Numbered from the stretch's first letter, positions 1 to 12,823 are shown. The stretch is 64,000 bases of DNA from an uncultured Chloroflexia bacterium (GCA_963763495.1 CAVXOY010000017.1:51204-115203); one strand, 5' to 3'. Made by a program: numbers and translations. The notes: generated by a model not told the origin, from the letters alone.

Positions 1-280
1 CCGCTCCCCAGCCCATCTCCTCGCGGATGATGTGATGTTCAAGGCCACCGAGGCTGACATCACCGAGATTCCCCGATACCAGCGCCAAGTGGTACTCCAA
101 CTCGTGGAACTTGCGGAATACGTCCCAGAGGGCGGAGCCTTTCCGGATCACGTCCTCCGGATCGGCAAGCTTGTCTAGCTGGACGCTCGCCGGCCTTATT
201 ACGTTGGCAGCGAAGCGATGAAACTCCTCCTTGAGGGAAAGCTGAGTGGACGTGAGATCGGGGTTGAGGTCCAGATACAT
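1..280 (-). CDS. acyl-CoA dehydrogenase, N-terminal part (3' end cut by window edge)
   Basis: Minus-strand translation from the ATG at 280-278 reads MYLDLNPDLTSTQLSLKEEFHRFAANVIRPASVQLDKLADPEDVIRKGSALWDVFRKFHELEYHLALVSGNLGDVSLGGLEHHIIREEMGWGS. This is the typical ACAD N-terminal helical domain pattern. A GGAGAGG RBS lies 6 nt upstream. The ORF track does not list it because it runs off the window. Confidence 0.55.
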   Translation of the reverse strand, partial: MYLDLNPDLTSTQLSLKEEFHRFAANVIRPASVQLDKLADPEDVIRKGSALWDVFRKFHELEYHLALVSGNLGDVSLGGLEHHIIREEMGWGA

Positions 281-575
281 GACCCTCTCCATCCTTCGTT
301 CTTCAACCCTCGTTTGCGGGCATCATCGCACCAAGCGCCGAAGGACGCAATCGATTCAGTCAAAGTCAGCTCCAATCTGCCGACCGATCCGGGCACGCTC
401 TTGAGGTGGGCCCAAGCTATCAGCGCCTCAGCCCAACATCCCTCTTGACAAGCGCCTGCCCTTGCCCGAAGATTGCCAAGCCGGGACTACGATGACCGGC
501 CACGATGCCCCCTGTGCGAATCCGGCCGGATTTCGGCGCCCAAGAACGTTGCTGTCTAGAAGAGGAAGAGAGCCA

Positions 576-1116
576 ATGGACTGCCCCAAATGCCACAAAC
601 CCCTTGAGACCGTATCTATCGGTCACGTCCGGGTCGAGCGCTGCCCCCAGTGCGCCGGCACCTGGTATGACAAGAAGGAGCTGCGGGTACTGAAGGACAA
701 GGAGTCCCACGGCGACTATTCCTGGATGGACTTCGACCTGTGGAAGGACGCTGACAAGTTCCGGGCGCGGCGCCAGCAGCGCTACTCTTGCCCCCGCGAC
801 GGACAGCCGCTAACGACAGTACACTACGGCGAATCGCCCATTGCCGTAGACATATGCTCCCAGTGCAACGGTATTTGGCTGGACAAAGACGAGTATGGAG
901 AGATCGTCCGGTATCTCAAGAGACGGCGGACAGCAGAACTCCCCGGTGACTATCTCAATGATATTCGAGAGGAATTAGTCGAGTCTGTTCGAAGCCCGCG
1001 AGGGCCCGCTGAAAGCGATGCGGGACGTCGGCAAGATCCTGTATCTGCTGGAGTTGCGCTTCGTGGTCGAGCACCCAGGCCTAGCTCGTATTCTCCCAGG
1101 GCTGCCGAAGTTCTAG
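576..1116 (+). CDS. tandem zinc-ribbon (zf-TFIIB-type, 2 copies) protein
   Basis: Two copies of CPxC...x17...CPQC/CSQC-xG-W-D-xxEL, the zf-TFIIB/PF13453 pattern. A GAAGAGGAAGAG RBS precedes the ATG at 576. An apparent 1-nt indel near 1000 shifts the frame to a plausible tail ...REGPLKAMRDVGKILYLLELRFVVEHPGLARILPGLPKF ending TAG 1114-1116. The listed ORF continuing to 1373 would overlap the GGDEF gene and is probably out of frame. Confidence 0.55.
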
Positions 1117-1171
1117 CGACTAGGGCTCTCGCCGTACGAAAGGAGCCGCGGCCGGAGCCAGCGGCGGGTAA

Positions 1172-2077
1172 TCACAGCCAGGCGCCTGTCCAGCGTTCCC
1201 GCCGTTTGTTTCTTTCCTCTTTGTCAGCTTCCAAGCTGCGACGGGCGCGGGCCACCAACTCCTCGGAACTGGTTTCGCCTTCCATGCTCGCTGCCACGCC
1301 GATACACATCCCTACCCAGAGAGTGACTTCCTGCCCATTCACGGACAGGGCCGCGGGCTGCCGGGTCACGTAGTGCTCGAGGCGCTCTGCAAACGCGACG
1401 GCGCCCTCCTTGTCGCATTCCAGCAAGATCAGGGCGAACTCATCATCGTGCAGCCGCGTCGCCACGTCGGAGGCGCGCTTCACGGACTCCAGCACCCTGG
1501 CGATGTGGGCGAGCACGGCGTCACCACCCGGCTCACCATACGTTTGGTTGACAGAGGCCAGAGCATTAACATCGATGAGCGCCAGAGATACGGGGGTCCC
1601 ATAGCGCCGCATCCGCTTGTGTTCTTCTTTGATTCGCAGCCAGAAGTACTTTTCGTCGGGCAGCCCGGTAACGGTATCAAGGACCGACGGCTCGACTGTC
1701 CGGACAATCCCTTCTTTGATCGCCCGCAGCCTGTACACGGTCAGCAGGCAGAGCACCAGGACGACCATCATGATGACGATGCTCACCGCCGCCAGATCAG
1801 GAACTTCCTTGGTTGTGCCGATCAAATCCAGCAGCAAGGTAGCGACGACCAGCGCCGTCACCGCCGTCAAATACCGCTTGAGGTCCTTGAGCTCAGTGGA
1901 GGATTTCTCAGCCGCGACCACGGGACTCATCCGGCGCGGCGTGGGGTCTTTGGCCTTCCCCCAGCCGGGAGGCCCTTCCAGCAAAGTCCCACGACGATCC
2001 GAGGGGGCGTCGGCGGCAGGCTGACGCTGCCCTTCCCCATCCTGATGTCGCTCCACCATGACTGCGACCCCCTTCAC
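1172..2077 (-). CDS. membrane-anchored GGDEF-domain protein with degenerate active site (HDDEF)
   Basis: 301-aa ORF with an N-terminal TM segment and a GGDEF-fold domain (GLPDEKYFWLRIKEEHKRMRRYGTPVSLALIDVN...YGEPGGDAVL...). The signature motif reads RLHDDEFAL instead of GG(D/E)EF. An RxxD (RASD) motif lies just upstream. Confidence 0.75.
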   Translation of the reverse strand: MKGVAVMVERHQDGEGQRQPAADAPSDRRGTLLEGPPGWGKAKDPTPRRMSPVVAAEKSSTELKDLKRYLTAVTALVVATLLLDLIGTTKEVPDLAAVSIVIMMVVLVLCLLTVYRLRAIKEGIVRTVEPSVLDTVTGLPDEKYFWLRIKEEHKRMRRYGTPVSLALIDVNALASVNQTYGEPGGDAVLAHIARVLESVKRASDVATRLHDDEFALILLECDKEGAVAFAERLEHYVTRQPAALSVNGQEVTLWVGMCIGVAASMEGETSSEELVARARRSLEADKEERNKRRERWTGAWL

Positions 2078-2242
2078 ACCCTACCATTCGAATAATCGGC
2101 CAATGTCCCCTTAACTGTTAGCAAGAGAGTATCGGGATTCTGATTCAAGTCGCCGGGCATCAGTCGACGCCACGCCGGCGGTATCGACGCTCTACTTCAG
2201 CGGTAGGTGCGCAGGAAGATCAGGATGGGAAGGCAGACGGGC

Positions 2243-2758
2243 TCAGGGCGACCAGGTCACGCCGCCGCAGCGCAGGATGAGATGGCCGCCGCCGGTATCC
2301 GGGAACTCTCCCGTCTCGATGAGCGCCCAGGTCGCTTGACGGTTCGCCGGCGCGTCCTGCATCAGGAGAAACTGGTCAACGCTTCCCGATTTGACGGTGA
2401 CGATGCCCACGATAGTCACGTCGCTGAGCTTGAACACCTCAGGGGCGCCCTCGGACTGCGGGCAAGCGGCGCTGCTGCGGACAAGGTACAGATAGCCGTC
2501 CATCCCATAGGCAGGCGGCCGGCCGAAGTCGTCGCCCTTGACCCACAGATTGACATACCCCGCCGGCGGCCAGACATCGCCGGGGTCCGCCGCGAAGGCG
2601 CGAATCCAGGTGTTGTCGCGTCCGATGCCGCTCAGGTCGTTGGCAACGCGCAGATCGCCGTAGCCCACCTGCCGGCAGGCGATCGCGGCCAGGGCGAGGA
2701 GGACGAGAGCCGGCAGCGCGAGCCACCAGGAACGATGTCGACGAATACCTAGAGCCAT
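2243..2758 (-). CDS. secreted hypothetical protein (signal peptide)
   Basis: 171-aa ORF. The N-terminus MALGIRRHRSWWLALPALVLLALAAIACRQ is a classic signal peptide. No recognisable domain. Confidence 0.5.
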   Translation of the reverse strand: MALGIRRHRSWWLALPALVLLALAAIACRQVGYGDLRVANDLSGIGRDNTWIRAFAADPGDVWPPAGYVNLWVKGDDFGRPPAYGMDGYLYLVRSSAACPQSEGAPEVFKLSDVTIVGIVTVKSGSVDQFLLMQDAPANRQATWALIETGEFPDTGGGHLILRCGGVTWSP

Positions 2759-2950
2759 TGCTGTTCCTCCTTGCTACGGACGATCCTCGCGCCGATTTCG
2801 AGAGCCAGTATACACGAGGGGACACGGCCCGCAACCACCGGCTCGCGGCGAGAGCACGGCCTATTGGCAAGCAGCAACGCACAGGAGTATACTGAGCGAC
2901 ACCCCCGCAGGCAGAGCTAGACTCGCTGCCCAACGGCGGCGACCGAGGAG

Positions 2951-4267
2951 ATGAGCTTGCCGGCCACGCGACCAACCGTCACAATCGCCGACACGACCGG
3001 CGGCCTGCCCGCCGCGTTCGAGGCTATCTTCGCGCCCTACGGCGGCGTCGCTAACGTCATCCCTGCCGGCAGCAAGGTTTATGTCAAGCCCAACGGCGTC
3101 TACTTCTCCCCGGAAACGCACACAGACCCAATGGTAGTCGATGCCCTGTTCGCCTGGCTGGGCGACCACGGCTACCGGCGGCTGGCCCTGATGGAGAACG
3201 CCACCCACGGCGTCGCCACCCGCCTTGTCTTCGCGGCGATCGGCTATGCCGACGTCGCCCGCCGCCACGGCGCCGAGGCGGTCTACCTGGACGAGGGAGA
3301 CACGGCTTCCTACACGCTGGAGGACGAGGAAACCCCGATACGCATCTCCCGCCGGTTCTACGAGACGTTCGTCGACCCGGCGCGGTCGCCCGGCAACTTC
3401 TACCTGACCCTGCCCAAGCTGAAGACCCACTCCATGACGACGGTGACGCTGGGCGTGAAGAACCAGCAGGCGTTCCCGATCCACGAAGACCGCATGCACT
3501 TTCACACCCACGACACGCTGCACGTCCGTCTCGCCCGCCTCTACCGGATGGCGCAGCCCGACTTCTGCATCATCGAGGGGATAACGGCGATCGCCCACGG
3601 GAACGTGCCGCCGCGGACCCTGCTGAACGAGTGCAGCACTCGCCTAGACATCCTCATCGGCGGCCGCGATACGGTGGCGGTGGATACGGTCGGCGCGAAG
3701 GTGATGGGATACGGCATCGAGGAGGTCGAGCACCTGCGCCTGGTCGCGGAATGGGGACTGGGCGAGGGCGATCTCAGCCACATCGAGGTCATCGGCGACC
3801 TCAGCCGCTTCCAGACGCGCTTTCCCTACGCCCTCCTGCGGCGCTTCCACCCCGACGTGCGCATCGTCGAGGGGCGGGAGCGGGCCTGCGTCGAGGGCTG
3901 CAAGGGGAACACCGAATGCGTCCTGGAGATACTGACCAACGACTACGCCGGTCAGGGCGGCTTCAGCATCGTCTTCGGCAAGGGTCTTGAGGAGAGCGAC
4001 CTGGATGATTTGCAGGGCGACATCCTGGTCGTCGGGCCGTGCGCTATCGGCGAGCAGGGGGCGGAGCTGCGGCGGCGCTATCCCAACCGCCGGATCATCG
4101 AGGTGAACGCCCACAACGACCTGCGCGGCATAACCGCCGGGCTGACCACGCTGATGAAGGTCAGGCCGGTGAGCATGGTGCCTCTGAACCCGCTGCGCTC
4201 GCTGTGGTTATTCGGGCAGGCGAAGCTACACGGGCTCAACTCGCGCGTGCCGCCGCTGTTGGGGTGA
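2951..4267 (+). CDS. DUF362-family protein
   Basis: Intact 438-aa ORF. VYVKPNGV...TDP.VVDAL and LKTHSMTTVTLGVKNQ motifs are characteristic of DUF362 proteins. Confidence 0.7.
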   Translation: MSLPATRPTVTIADTTGGLPAAFEAIFAPYGGVANVIPAGSKVYVKPNGVYFSPETHTDPMVVDALFAWLGDHGYRRLALMENATHGVATRLVFAAIGYADVARRHGAEAVYLDEGDTASYTLEDEETPIRISRRFYETFVDPARSPGNFYLTLPKLKTHSMTTVTLGVKNQQAFPIHEDRMHFHTHDTLHVRLARLYRMAQPDFCIIEGITAIAHGNVPPRTLLNECSTRLDILIGGRDTVAVDTVGAKVMGYGIEEVEHLRLVAEWGLGEGDLSHIEVIGDLSRFQTRFPYALLRRFHPDVRIVEGRERACVEGCKGNTECVLEILTNDYAGQGGFSIVFGKGLEESDLDDLQGDILVVGPCAIGEQGAELRRRYPNRRIIEVNAHNDLRGITAGLTTLMKVRPVSMVPLNPLRSLWLFGQAKLHGLNSRVPPLLG

Positions 4268-4420
4268 CCGGCCTGAGCAGCCCTCTCACCACGCGGCTGT
4301 CCTGCAGCTACCCTGAAGCGCTACTCGTTGCCCGACGTGCCGTGTGCGTCTCTGCACCGCTTGTCCTACCATCTCAAGACGATCCTTTGTTGTCGCGATT
4401 CACCCACGCGAACGCGAGAG

Positions 4421-4651
4421 TCACAAAGACACCAATGGTTGCTCCAAGAAGCGATGCGAAGAACACCAATCAACAAAAGTCTCGGCGATCCTGGAGATCA
4501 GCAGACTGAAGACCATGCTACCACCCCAGACGATAACCTCCTGCCCATTCCCAGGTTTGAGGTAGGACGCAAGGAGAAACGTTATTCCGAGAATCAAGAT
4601 TCCGCCGCAATAGAACCAGAGCTCTGCAGCACGGTTTCTCCTTCCAGTCAC
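4421..4651 (-). CDS. small 2-TM membrane protein (hypothetical)
   Basis: 76-aa ORF with two hydrophobic helices, in a locally GC-poor stretch. No homology recognised. Confidence 0.25.
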   Translation of the reverse strand: MTGRRNRAAELWFYCGGILILGITFLLASYLKPGNGQEVIVWGGSMVFSLLISRIAETFVDWCSSHRFLEQPLVSL

Positions 4652-4699
4652 GTGCTGCTCGTCGGTGTCGATGAAGCAGCCCGAACTACCGGAAGAACG

Positions 4700-6010
4700 G
4701 CTGCATTGGGATCACTGCCTTCGAGCGGTCGGGCGTGGTTCGAGCAGAACGCCGCAACAACCGATGCGCAACTCCTGTCTGTCGACTTCGACCGGCGATC
4801 TGTTGGCTGCCGCCGCCAGCGCCGCGCCGTACCGATCCTGGCCACTAGAGCAGCCACGTGTACGCATCTGTTGTGAGCCACGAAATCGACGCTCCATGCG
4901 CCGGCGATGAGCATGTTGTCGACACCCGCGGGATCAGGGCGCGATAGGGGTGCCGTACTCCCGCATCGCGCACCAGGAAGCTTTGGTTCGATGAAGCCGA
5001 AGCAGCCGATCTGATCGTCGAACTGCCTGCTCAGGCAATCATCCGGTCAGCTCGTATCACAGTGATCGCCCTAGCGGGGCTGGCCGACGGACGGCCAGGG
5101 CCGGCGACTAGCACTGCCCAGCCGGCGATGTTCTGCGGAACATCCGCCACATCGAGCATCTTCCGCGCAGGTCTTCCGCCGCGACAGGGCGTCAGCGTCC
5201 AGCCCATCGTTGGGGCCGTAGTTGACGCAGTTGCAGTCCGTCAGCTCGCGGGGGCGCAGCGATGTCGCGAAGAACATCCAGGGGGTGTTTCAACGCGACT
5301 TGTGCAGCCTGTACATCGATATCCCCAACGGACGTATCGGGCAGTAGACATCCCGGCTTCACCGCGTGCGCCAACTGGTTAATCAAGCCGCGGCGCTCGA
5401 AGTCGGCCTCCATCACGTCCAAGTCGACGTTGCACAGCCGGAAGTAGTGCATGATAGGCCCCGCGTTCGCCGGGCTTATAGTGCTGAACGGCGCTCCCGC
5501 ATAGGCGGCCGAATCGCCGTCGCCGGTGCAGTCGACGTATTGCTAGCCCTACAAGGCTGCGGCCCGCCTTGTTCCACACAACGACCCCCTCGACGGGCCG
5601 TCGGCGACCCGGACTCATCGACGACGGTGTGCAGCAGCAGCTTGACACCCGCCTCAAGGCACATCTGCGCGACAACGAATTTGAACGCCTCCGGCTCGAG
5701 GCGTGATCATGCTCAGGAAGTCGCCGCCTCGCTCCACGCGAACGTGTCCCACTCCACCCGAGCTGCCAGTCAGCACTCCTGGCAGGCCCGCAACACGCGC
5801 GTCGTCCGGCCGGGCAGCGCGAATGTGAAGAAATTGTGAGCCCCGTACGCCGGTAATCCCCATTCCCCCCGACCACCGTCTCGACCAACCTTGCGCCGTT
5901 GCAGCCGGCGGCAAAGCCGCGGCATGCCGGCCATGCCGCCACCGGCACCAGAACGTCACAAGGTTGATAACGCGCTTCGTCCACGTTCGGTATGCATCCG
6001 TCCCCACCGA
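4700..6010 (-). pseudogene. decayed FAD-dependent oxidoreductase (PF12831-like) pseudogene
   Basis: Minus-strand fragments in three frames match conserved blocks of the FAD_oxidored family. Near 5990 there is a N-terminal dinucleotide-binding-like DVLVPVAAWPACRGFAAGCNGARLVE (GGMAGMP in the other frame). The middle reads VDCTGDGDSAAYAGAPFSTISPANAGPIMHYFRLCNVDLD. The C-terminus near 4900-4700 reads DNMLIAGAWS and MRTRGCSSGQDRYGAALAAAA (like MPTCMAMGQAAGTAAALAA). There are many frame breaks within 1.3 kb, far denser than elsewhere. Confidence 0.5.
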
Positions 6011-6266
6011 GTATCACCGGTGCGCGAGCACCAAGGATACGCTTCCGCCCGTGTCGGCTCGATGGAACAAATACGCCGTGACCGGCTTCGCGGCACCCCA
6101 TCGCTATCCTTCTAGCGGCAGCGACTTATCCTCGATGACGCGCTGCCAGACCGTCGAAGAGCGCGCAGACTCCTCAACGGAACGCAGTTGACGCGCCTTC
6201 GGGACGTGGTAGAATCCCCCATACGAGGGCAATCGTCGCTTGAAACCCTAAGGACAGGAGGACCCA

Positions 6267-7692
6267 ATGACTGACTTCTCCCAACTCGACGCAACCGCTC
6301 AGGCCGATCTCGTCCGCCGCAAGGAGGTCAAGCCGATTGAGCTTGTAGACGCCGCTATCGAGCGGATCGAGCGGCTGAACCCCGCTCTCAACGCCGTGGT
6401 GACGCCGATGTACGATATCGCCCGCAAGGCGGCCGCAGGGCCTCTTCCCGACGGCCCTTTCACCGGCGTGCCCTTCCTGCTCAAAGACCTGATGGCGGCC
6501 TACGCCGGTGTCCGGTTCACTTTCGGCTCGGCGTTCCTGCGCCACTACGTCCCCGACCACGACAGCGAGCTGGTGGCGCGACACAAGCGCGCCGGCCTCA
6601 TCGTGATTGGCAAGACCAACACGCCGGAGTTCGGCATCGTGCCGACGACGGAGCCCTACTTGTTCGGGCCGACGCGCAACCCCTGGAACACAGAGCACAG
6701 CACCGGCGGCTCGAGCGGCGGGTCGGCGGCGGCCGTGGCGTCGGGGATGGTGCCGATCGCGCACGCCAACGACGGCGGCGGGTCGATCCGGATACCGGCG
6801 TCGTGCTGCGGCCTCTTCGGCCTCAAGCCCACGCGGGGACGCAACCCTCTCGGCCCTGATGTCGGCGACACGCCGGGCGGGCTAGTGGTCGAGCACGCCG
6901 TGACGCGCTCCGTGCGCGACAGCGCCGCCCTGCTCGACGCGACTAGCGGCCCTGACGTGGGCGACCCCTATCTGGGCGCCGCCACCGGCACGCCCGTTCC
7001 TGCAAGAGGTCGGCGCCGACCCGGGCAAGCTGCGCATCACCTTCACGACCCAATCGACAACCGGCGGCGAGGTCCACCCCGACTGCGTGGCCGCCGTGAA
7101 GGACGCGGCGAAGCTTTGCGCCGACCTCGGCCACCACGTGGAAGAGCAGGCGCCACCGGTAAGCGGCGAGATGGTCACGCAGCCGTTCATGGTCCTCTGG
7201 TCGGCAGCGAACGCCATGATGATGGACGGCATGGCCCTCCTGTCCGGTCAGACGGCGACGGCGGAGAAGTTCGAGCCGCTGACCTGGGCCCTCAGCGAGA
7301 TGGGACGCCAGCAGACCGCTCCCGCCTACCTGCTGTCCCTGCAGATGCTGCAGATGATATCCCGTCAGATCGCCAAGGCCTTTGTCGACTTCGACATCTG
7401 GCTGACGCCGACGCTGGCCGAGCCGCCGCTGCCGCTGGGGACGCTGGACTCACCGCCGGACAACCCCATGTGGGGGATGATCCGGTCGGCGAGCTATGTC
7501 CCCTTCACGCCGATCTGCAACGTCACGGGGCAGCCGGCGATGTCGGTGCCGCTCTACTGGAACAGCGACAACCTGCCCATAGGGACGCACTTCGTGGCCC
7601 GATTCGGCGACGAGGCGACTCTCTTCCGGCTGGCGGCGCAGTTGGAGAAGGCGCGGCCCTGGGCGGACCGTCACCCGCCGATCTGGGGTTAG
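6267..7692 (+). CDS. amidase (amidase-signature family)
   Basis: N-terminal 6267.. carries [14 protein letters not shown] and [11 protein letters not shown]-family motifs. The C-terminal part continues in ORF 7087..7692. One frameshift near 6985-6995: the alternative frame reads [43 protein letters not shown] and joins the two pieces. Confidence 0.8.
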
Positions 7693-7827
7693 AGGCACCG
7701 CGGAGCGCTATCAGGGACCTAAGCCGTTCGCGGCAGCAGGCATGGAGGTCGCCGCCGATGGAGCGCAGGGGTGCTGCGCGCGTCGTCATGCCGCTAGAGC
7801 CAGGTGATCCGCCCGACTCGCCGGGCT

Positions 7828-8892
7828 CTAGGCGTAGCGGCCCACTTCCTTGACTACGTCGACTATTCTCTTGAACGCTTCGAGGCTCACGTTGTCCGGC
7901 GTCGAGTGGTCGGTGGCGAAGATGTAGCCGCCGTTCTGCATCAGCACCGGCAGGTTCTCCCGCACCGTCGCCTCCATCCTGTCGACGTCGTCCCAGAGCA
8001 GCGCGTCGAAGCCGCCGTGGAGGAGAAGCCGGTCGCCGTACTCCTTCTTCACGGCGAGCGGGTCGATGCCGGCCTTCACTTCCAGAGGGTTGAGAGCGTC
8101 TAGCCCCATCTCCGCGAGGTCGGGAATGAAGGGCCGGATGTCGCCGCAGGAGTGGAGATAGGCCTTGATCCCCTTGGCGTGGGCCCAGTCGACCGCCCGC
8201 TGATGGATCGGCTTGAGGAGCTGACGGTACGTCCTCAATGAGAAGAACTGGTTCTGCTTGTAGCCCATGTCGTCGTAGAAGAGGATCTCATCGAACTGAT
8301 AGCCGGCGTCCCACATACGATCGAGGAGAGCAAAGCTCAGGTCCTGCTCGGTTCGCCACATGTCAACGCACCACTCAGGGTCTCCGCCAGCGCGACGAGC
8401 TCACGCTCGGTGCCGATGAACCAGGAGTGGGTGACGTCAAAGCCGAACCAGCCGACGACTCTGATCCAAGCGCCCTGCGCCTTCCAGCGCGGCCACCTTT
8501 CCTTCAAGAAGTCCCAGGGTATCCGGTCGTCACTCGGCGTCATCCTCTCCTTTGCTTTCAGCCAATCGTCGGGCGTCTTCACTTGCGCTTCGATGAGAGC
8601 GATCGAGGACTGGCTCCTGATCCATTTCATCGTGGCGCCCCAACCGGTCGTGAAGACGCGGCGTTCTTCGGAGGCTCTCGATGACGCCGGCGGGAAACCG
8701 GGGCGAGTTGTCGACATAGATCACGGGAATGGGGTCCAGGCCAAAGAAGTCGACGTAGCTGGCTTCGCCGAGCCCCTCCCTGCGCCAGCGATCAAGGGTC
8801 GACACCCACGGCTCTTCGTAGATGGGGACTCGATCCGCCTCCCGATGCTGGTACATGCGGCTGACGCGCTCGTGGGTCGTCATCTCCACCAT
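7828..8892 (-). CDS. uroporphyrinogen-decarboxylase (URO-D/MtaA-like) family protein
   Basis: The N-terminus [29 protein letters not shown] is URO-D-like, with a GGAGGA RBS 9 nt upstream of the ATG (complement of 8890-8892). The middle (ORF 8337..8717) and C-terminus (7828..8361 ...[25 protein letters not shown]...) are in other frames, so there are 2 frameshifts near 8700 and 8350. Confidence 0.7.
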
Positions 8893-8945
8893 GAGACTCA
8901 GTCCTCCGAACAGCGGCCAGACCGAAGGGTCAACCCTCGCGCCGA

Positions 8946-10348
<1,403 letters not shown>

Positions 10349-10426
10349 TCAATATCGGTGGACGCCCTCATTGACAACGCGGGCAGCCTGGTCTAGAATC
10401 CGCGCCGAAGCGAAAGGAGAAGAACG

Positions 10427-11922
10427 ATGACTGCTGGAACCAAGCGCCCATCCCACCTGCCGCTCCTCATGGGGATCGTGAGTGCGGCAATAGCGCTGTT
10501 TGCGTCCGGCTGCCTGTGGGGCGTAGTCAGGGACTCGGAAACGGGCAACGGGATCGCCGGAGTCAGCGTGACCTATACTGACAGCAACGGAAACACGGCC
10601 ACAGCTACGACGGAATCCCACGGCTTGTACTCCTTCGACATCGCAGACGGGCCGATACCGGCTGCGGGTCCGGTGAGCTTCGAGGTCAGTAAGACGGGCT
10701 ACGAAACGCTTACCGCCGCCCGCACGGTCCAGTACAACGATAACCCGAACGCAACGCTGGAGAATCTCTCCAGCTTCTGGGAGGTCCAGCACTTCGACCT
10801 GGGGGCGGCAGCGGCGGCCAGCGTGATCGACACTCTCGCATCGGGGCTCAACTTCCCTGCCGGCGTTGTCTATGACTCGGAGGGCAACCTCTACGTCAGC
10901 GAGCGGGACTCCTGCGGGTGATTAGGATCGATGCCGACAGCGGAGCGAATAACAACGACTGCCGGCACCGGCACGTGCGGCTTCAGCGGCGACGGCGGCC
11001 CCGCCAACGGCGCCCAACTCAGCGCCCCGACCGGGCTGGCGCTCGACCGCGACCGGTACCTCGCCGTCACCGACAGCGGCAACTGTCGGGTGCGGATGGT
11101 CGACCTGGACACCAACTTCATCACCACCGTCGCTGGGAACGGCACCTGCGGGTTCATGGGCGACGGCGGCCCGGCCACTTCCGCCAGAATCGCCACGCAA
11201 GATGCGACAGTGCCGTCACTATTCGTTTGGTCAGACGTCGCCTTCGACCGGTCCGGCAACCTGTACATTGGGGACGTATTCAACTGCCGGGTCCGCAAGG
11301 TCGACACCCACGGCACGATATCGACCGTGGCCGGTTCGGGAGCAACGGGCTTCGCCTGCGGAGCGTTCGCCGGCGACGGCGGCCCCGCCACCAGCGCTCG
11401 GCTCTACCACCCGGTGTCGGTGGCGGTCGACGCGGACAGCAACATCTTCATCGCGGAGCTGGGCAACTGCCGGATCCGCAAGGTCAGCGGCGCCACGGGA
11501 AAGAATCAGCACCGCGGTGGGCGACGGCGATTGCGGCGAGTCGGACGGCGACGGCGGCGCGGCGACCGCAGCCAGCCTGGCCAACCCCCGGGGGTTCGCC
11601 ATGGATGCGGCCGGAAACCTATTCATCTCTGAGTTCCGCTTCGTCGGCATGAACCTGCTGGACTGCAACATCCGGCGCGTGAACGTGGACGCAGGCACGA
11701 TTGAGACCGTCGCTGGTTCGGACGACTGCGGCTTCGAGCGGGGACGGCGGCGACGCGACGGCGGCGGAGATCGACACTCCGGCCGACATCGCGCTAGGCT
11801 GCGACGGCACCATGGCGTTTGCGGAAACGACGGGCGGCCGCGTTCGAGTAGTCTCGAATGTCAGCCCCGGCGGCCCGGCGCCCGACTCCGACGGCGATGG
11901 GATCGGCAACATGTGTGAATAG
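10427..11922 (+). CDS. NHL-repeat lipoprotein with N-terminal carboxypeptidase-regulatory-like domain
   Basis: Signal peptide plus lipobox (LFASGC). This is followed by a CarboxypepD_reg-like segment (GVVRDSETGNGIAGVSVTYTDSNG...YSF), then at least 6 NHL repeats (NLYV(S/A)D.GN.R(I/V)R.VD..G.I.TVAG.G..GF.GDGGPA). Three frame breaks occur near 10920, 11500 and 11740. Confidence 0.65.
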
Positions 11923-12012
11923 CGGGTGGTAAACCAGCCGCAGGAACGGAACCTCGACAAACCAGGGTCATAATAGACGTGACCGCCTGCCACTGCGGCG
12001 GGCGGTCATGGC

Positions 12013-12823
12013 ATGTCCCTCGCGGAGTGGGCGATGGAACTGCTTGAGATTGCGGGCCTGAGCTTCCTCGGCGTGCTGGCGTACATGACCGGCGTCTGGC
12101 TGCTGAGCCTTGCCCGCAGGGACGCGAGCGTCGTTGACGTCTTCTGGGGGCTCGGCTTCGCGCTGCTGGCGGCAGCCTATCTCATCGCCACAGACGGATT
12201 CGGCGGCCGCAAGATTCTGATAACCGCCCTCGTCGCCGTATGGGGTCTGCGGCTCTCCATCTACATTCTGCTGCGCAATCGGGGCAAGGGAGAGGACTAC
12301 CGCTACCGGAGATGGCGAGAGCAGGCCGGGGCGAGCTTCTGGTGGATCAGCCTCTTCCGCGTCTTCCTGCTCCAAGGGCTGCTGCTGTGGATCATATCCA
12401 TGCCCATACTAGCGGCCCAGTTCAACAAAGACCCCGGCCACTTCACGGTCTTCGACTTGGCGGGGACGCTGATTTGGGGCGTGGGCTTCTTCTTCGAAGC
12501 GGTGGGAGACTGGCAGCTTGCCCGCTTCAAAGCCGACCCCGCCAACAAGGGGCAGGTGATGCGGAGCGGCCTGTGGGCCTTTACGCGGCACCCCAACTAC
12601 TTCGGCGATGCCACCGTTTGGTGGGGCTACTTCGTGATTGCCGCGGGGACGTTGTGGGGGTTGTGGACGCTCTTCAGCCCCGTCCTGATGACGGTGCTTC
12701 TGTTGAGGGTATCGGGGGTCGCGCTGCTGGAGAAGACCCAGGTCCGGACAAAACCTCGAGTACCGGGACTACATCGAGAGCACGAGCGCGTTCCTACCCC
12801 GACCGCCGCGCAAGCAGCGCTGA
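12013..12823 (+). CDS. DUF1295 / steroid 5-alpha-reductase-like membrane protein
   Basis: Polytopic membrane ORF with ...RHPNYFGD... typical of DUF1295/ICMT-like proteins. A frameshift near 12735 gives the end ...EYRDYIESTSAFLPRPPRKQR stopping at TGA 12821-12823. Confidence 0.65.

Noticed and set aside
1373-2095. 240-aa plus-strand ORF
   Set aside because: Lies entirely antisense to the well-supported GGDEF gene. It is Arg/Gly-rich with no domain, typical of a high-GC shadow ORF.
2861-3598. 245-aa minus-strand ORF
   Set aside because: Antisense to the DUF362 gene, with no motifs.
6174-6764. 196-aa minus-strand ORF
   Set aside because: Antisense to the amidase. Arg-rich GC-frame artefact.
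10918-11918. Arg/Pro-rich plus-strand ORFs (10918..11652, 11202..11918) overlapping the NHL gene
   Set aside because: These are alternative frames of the NHL-repeat gene. The NHL repeat consensus is only seen in the annotated frame pieces.
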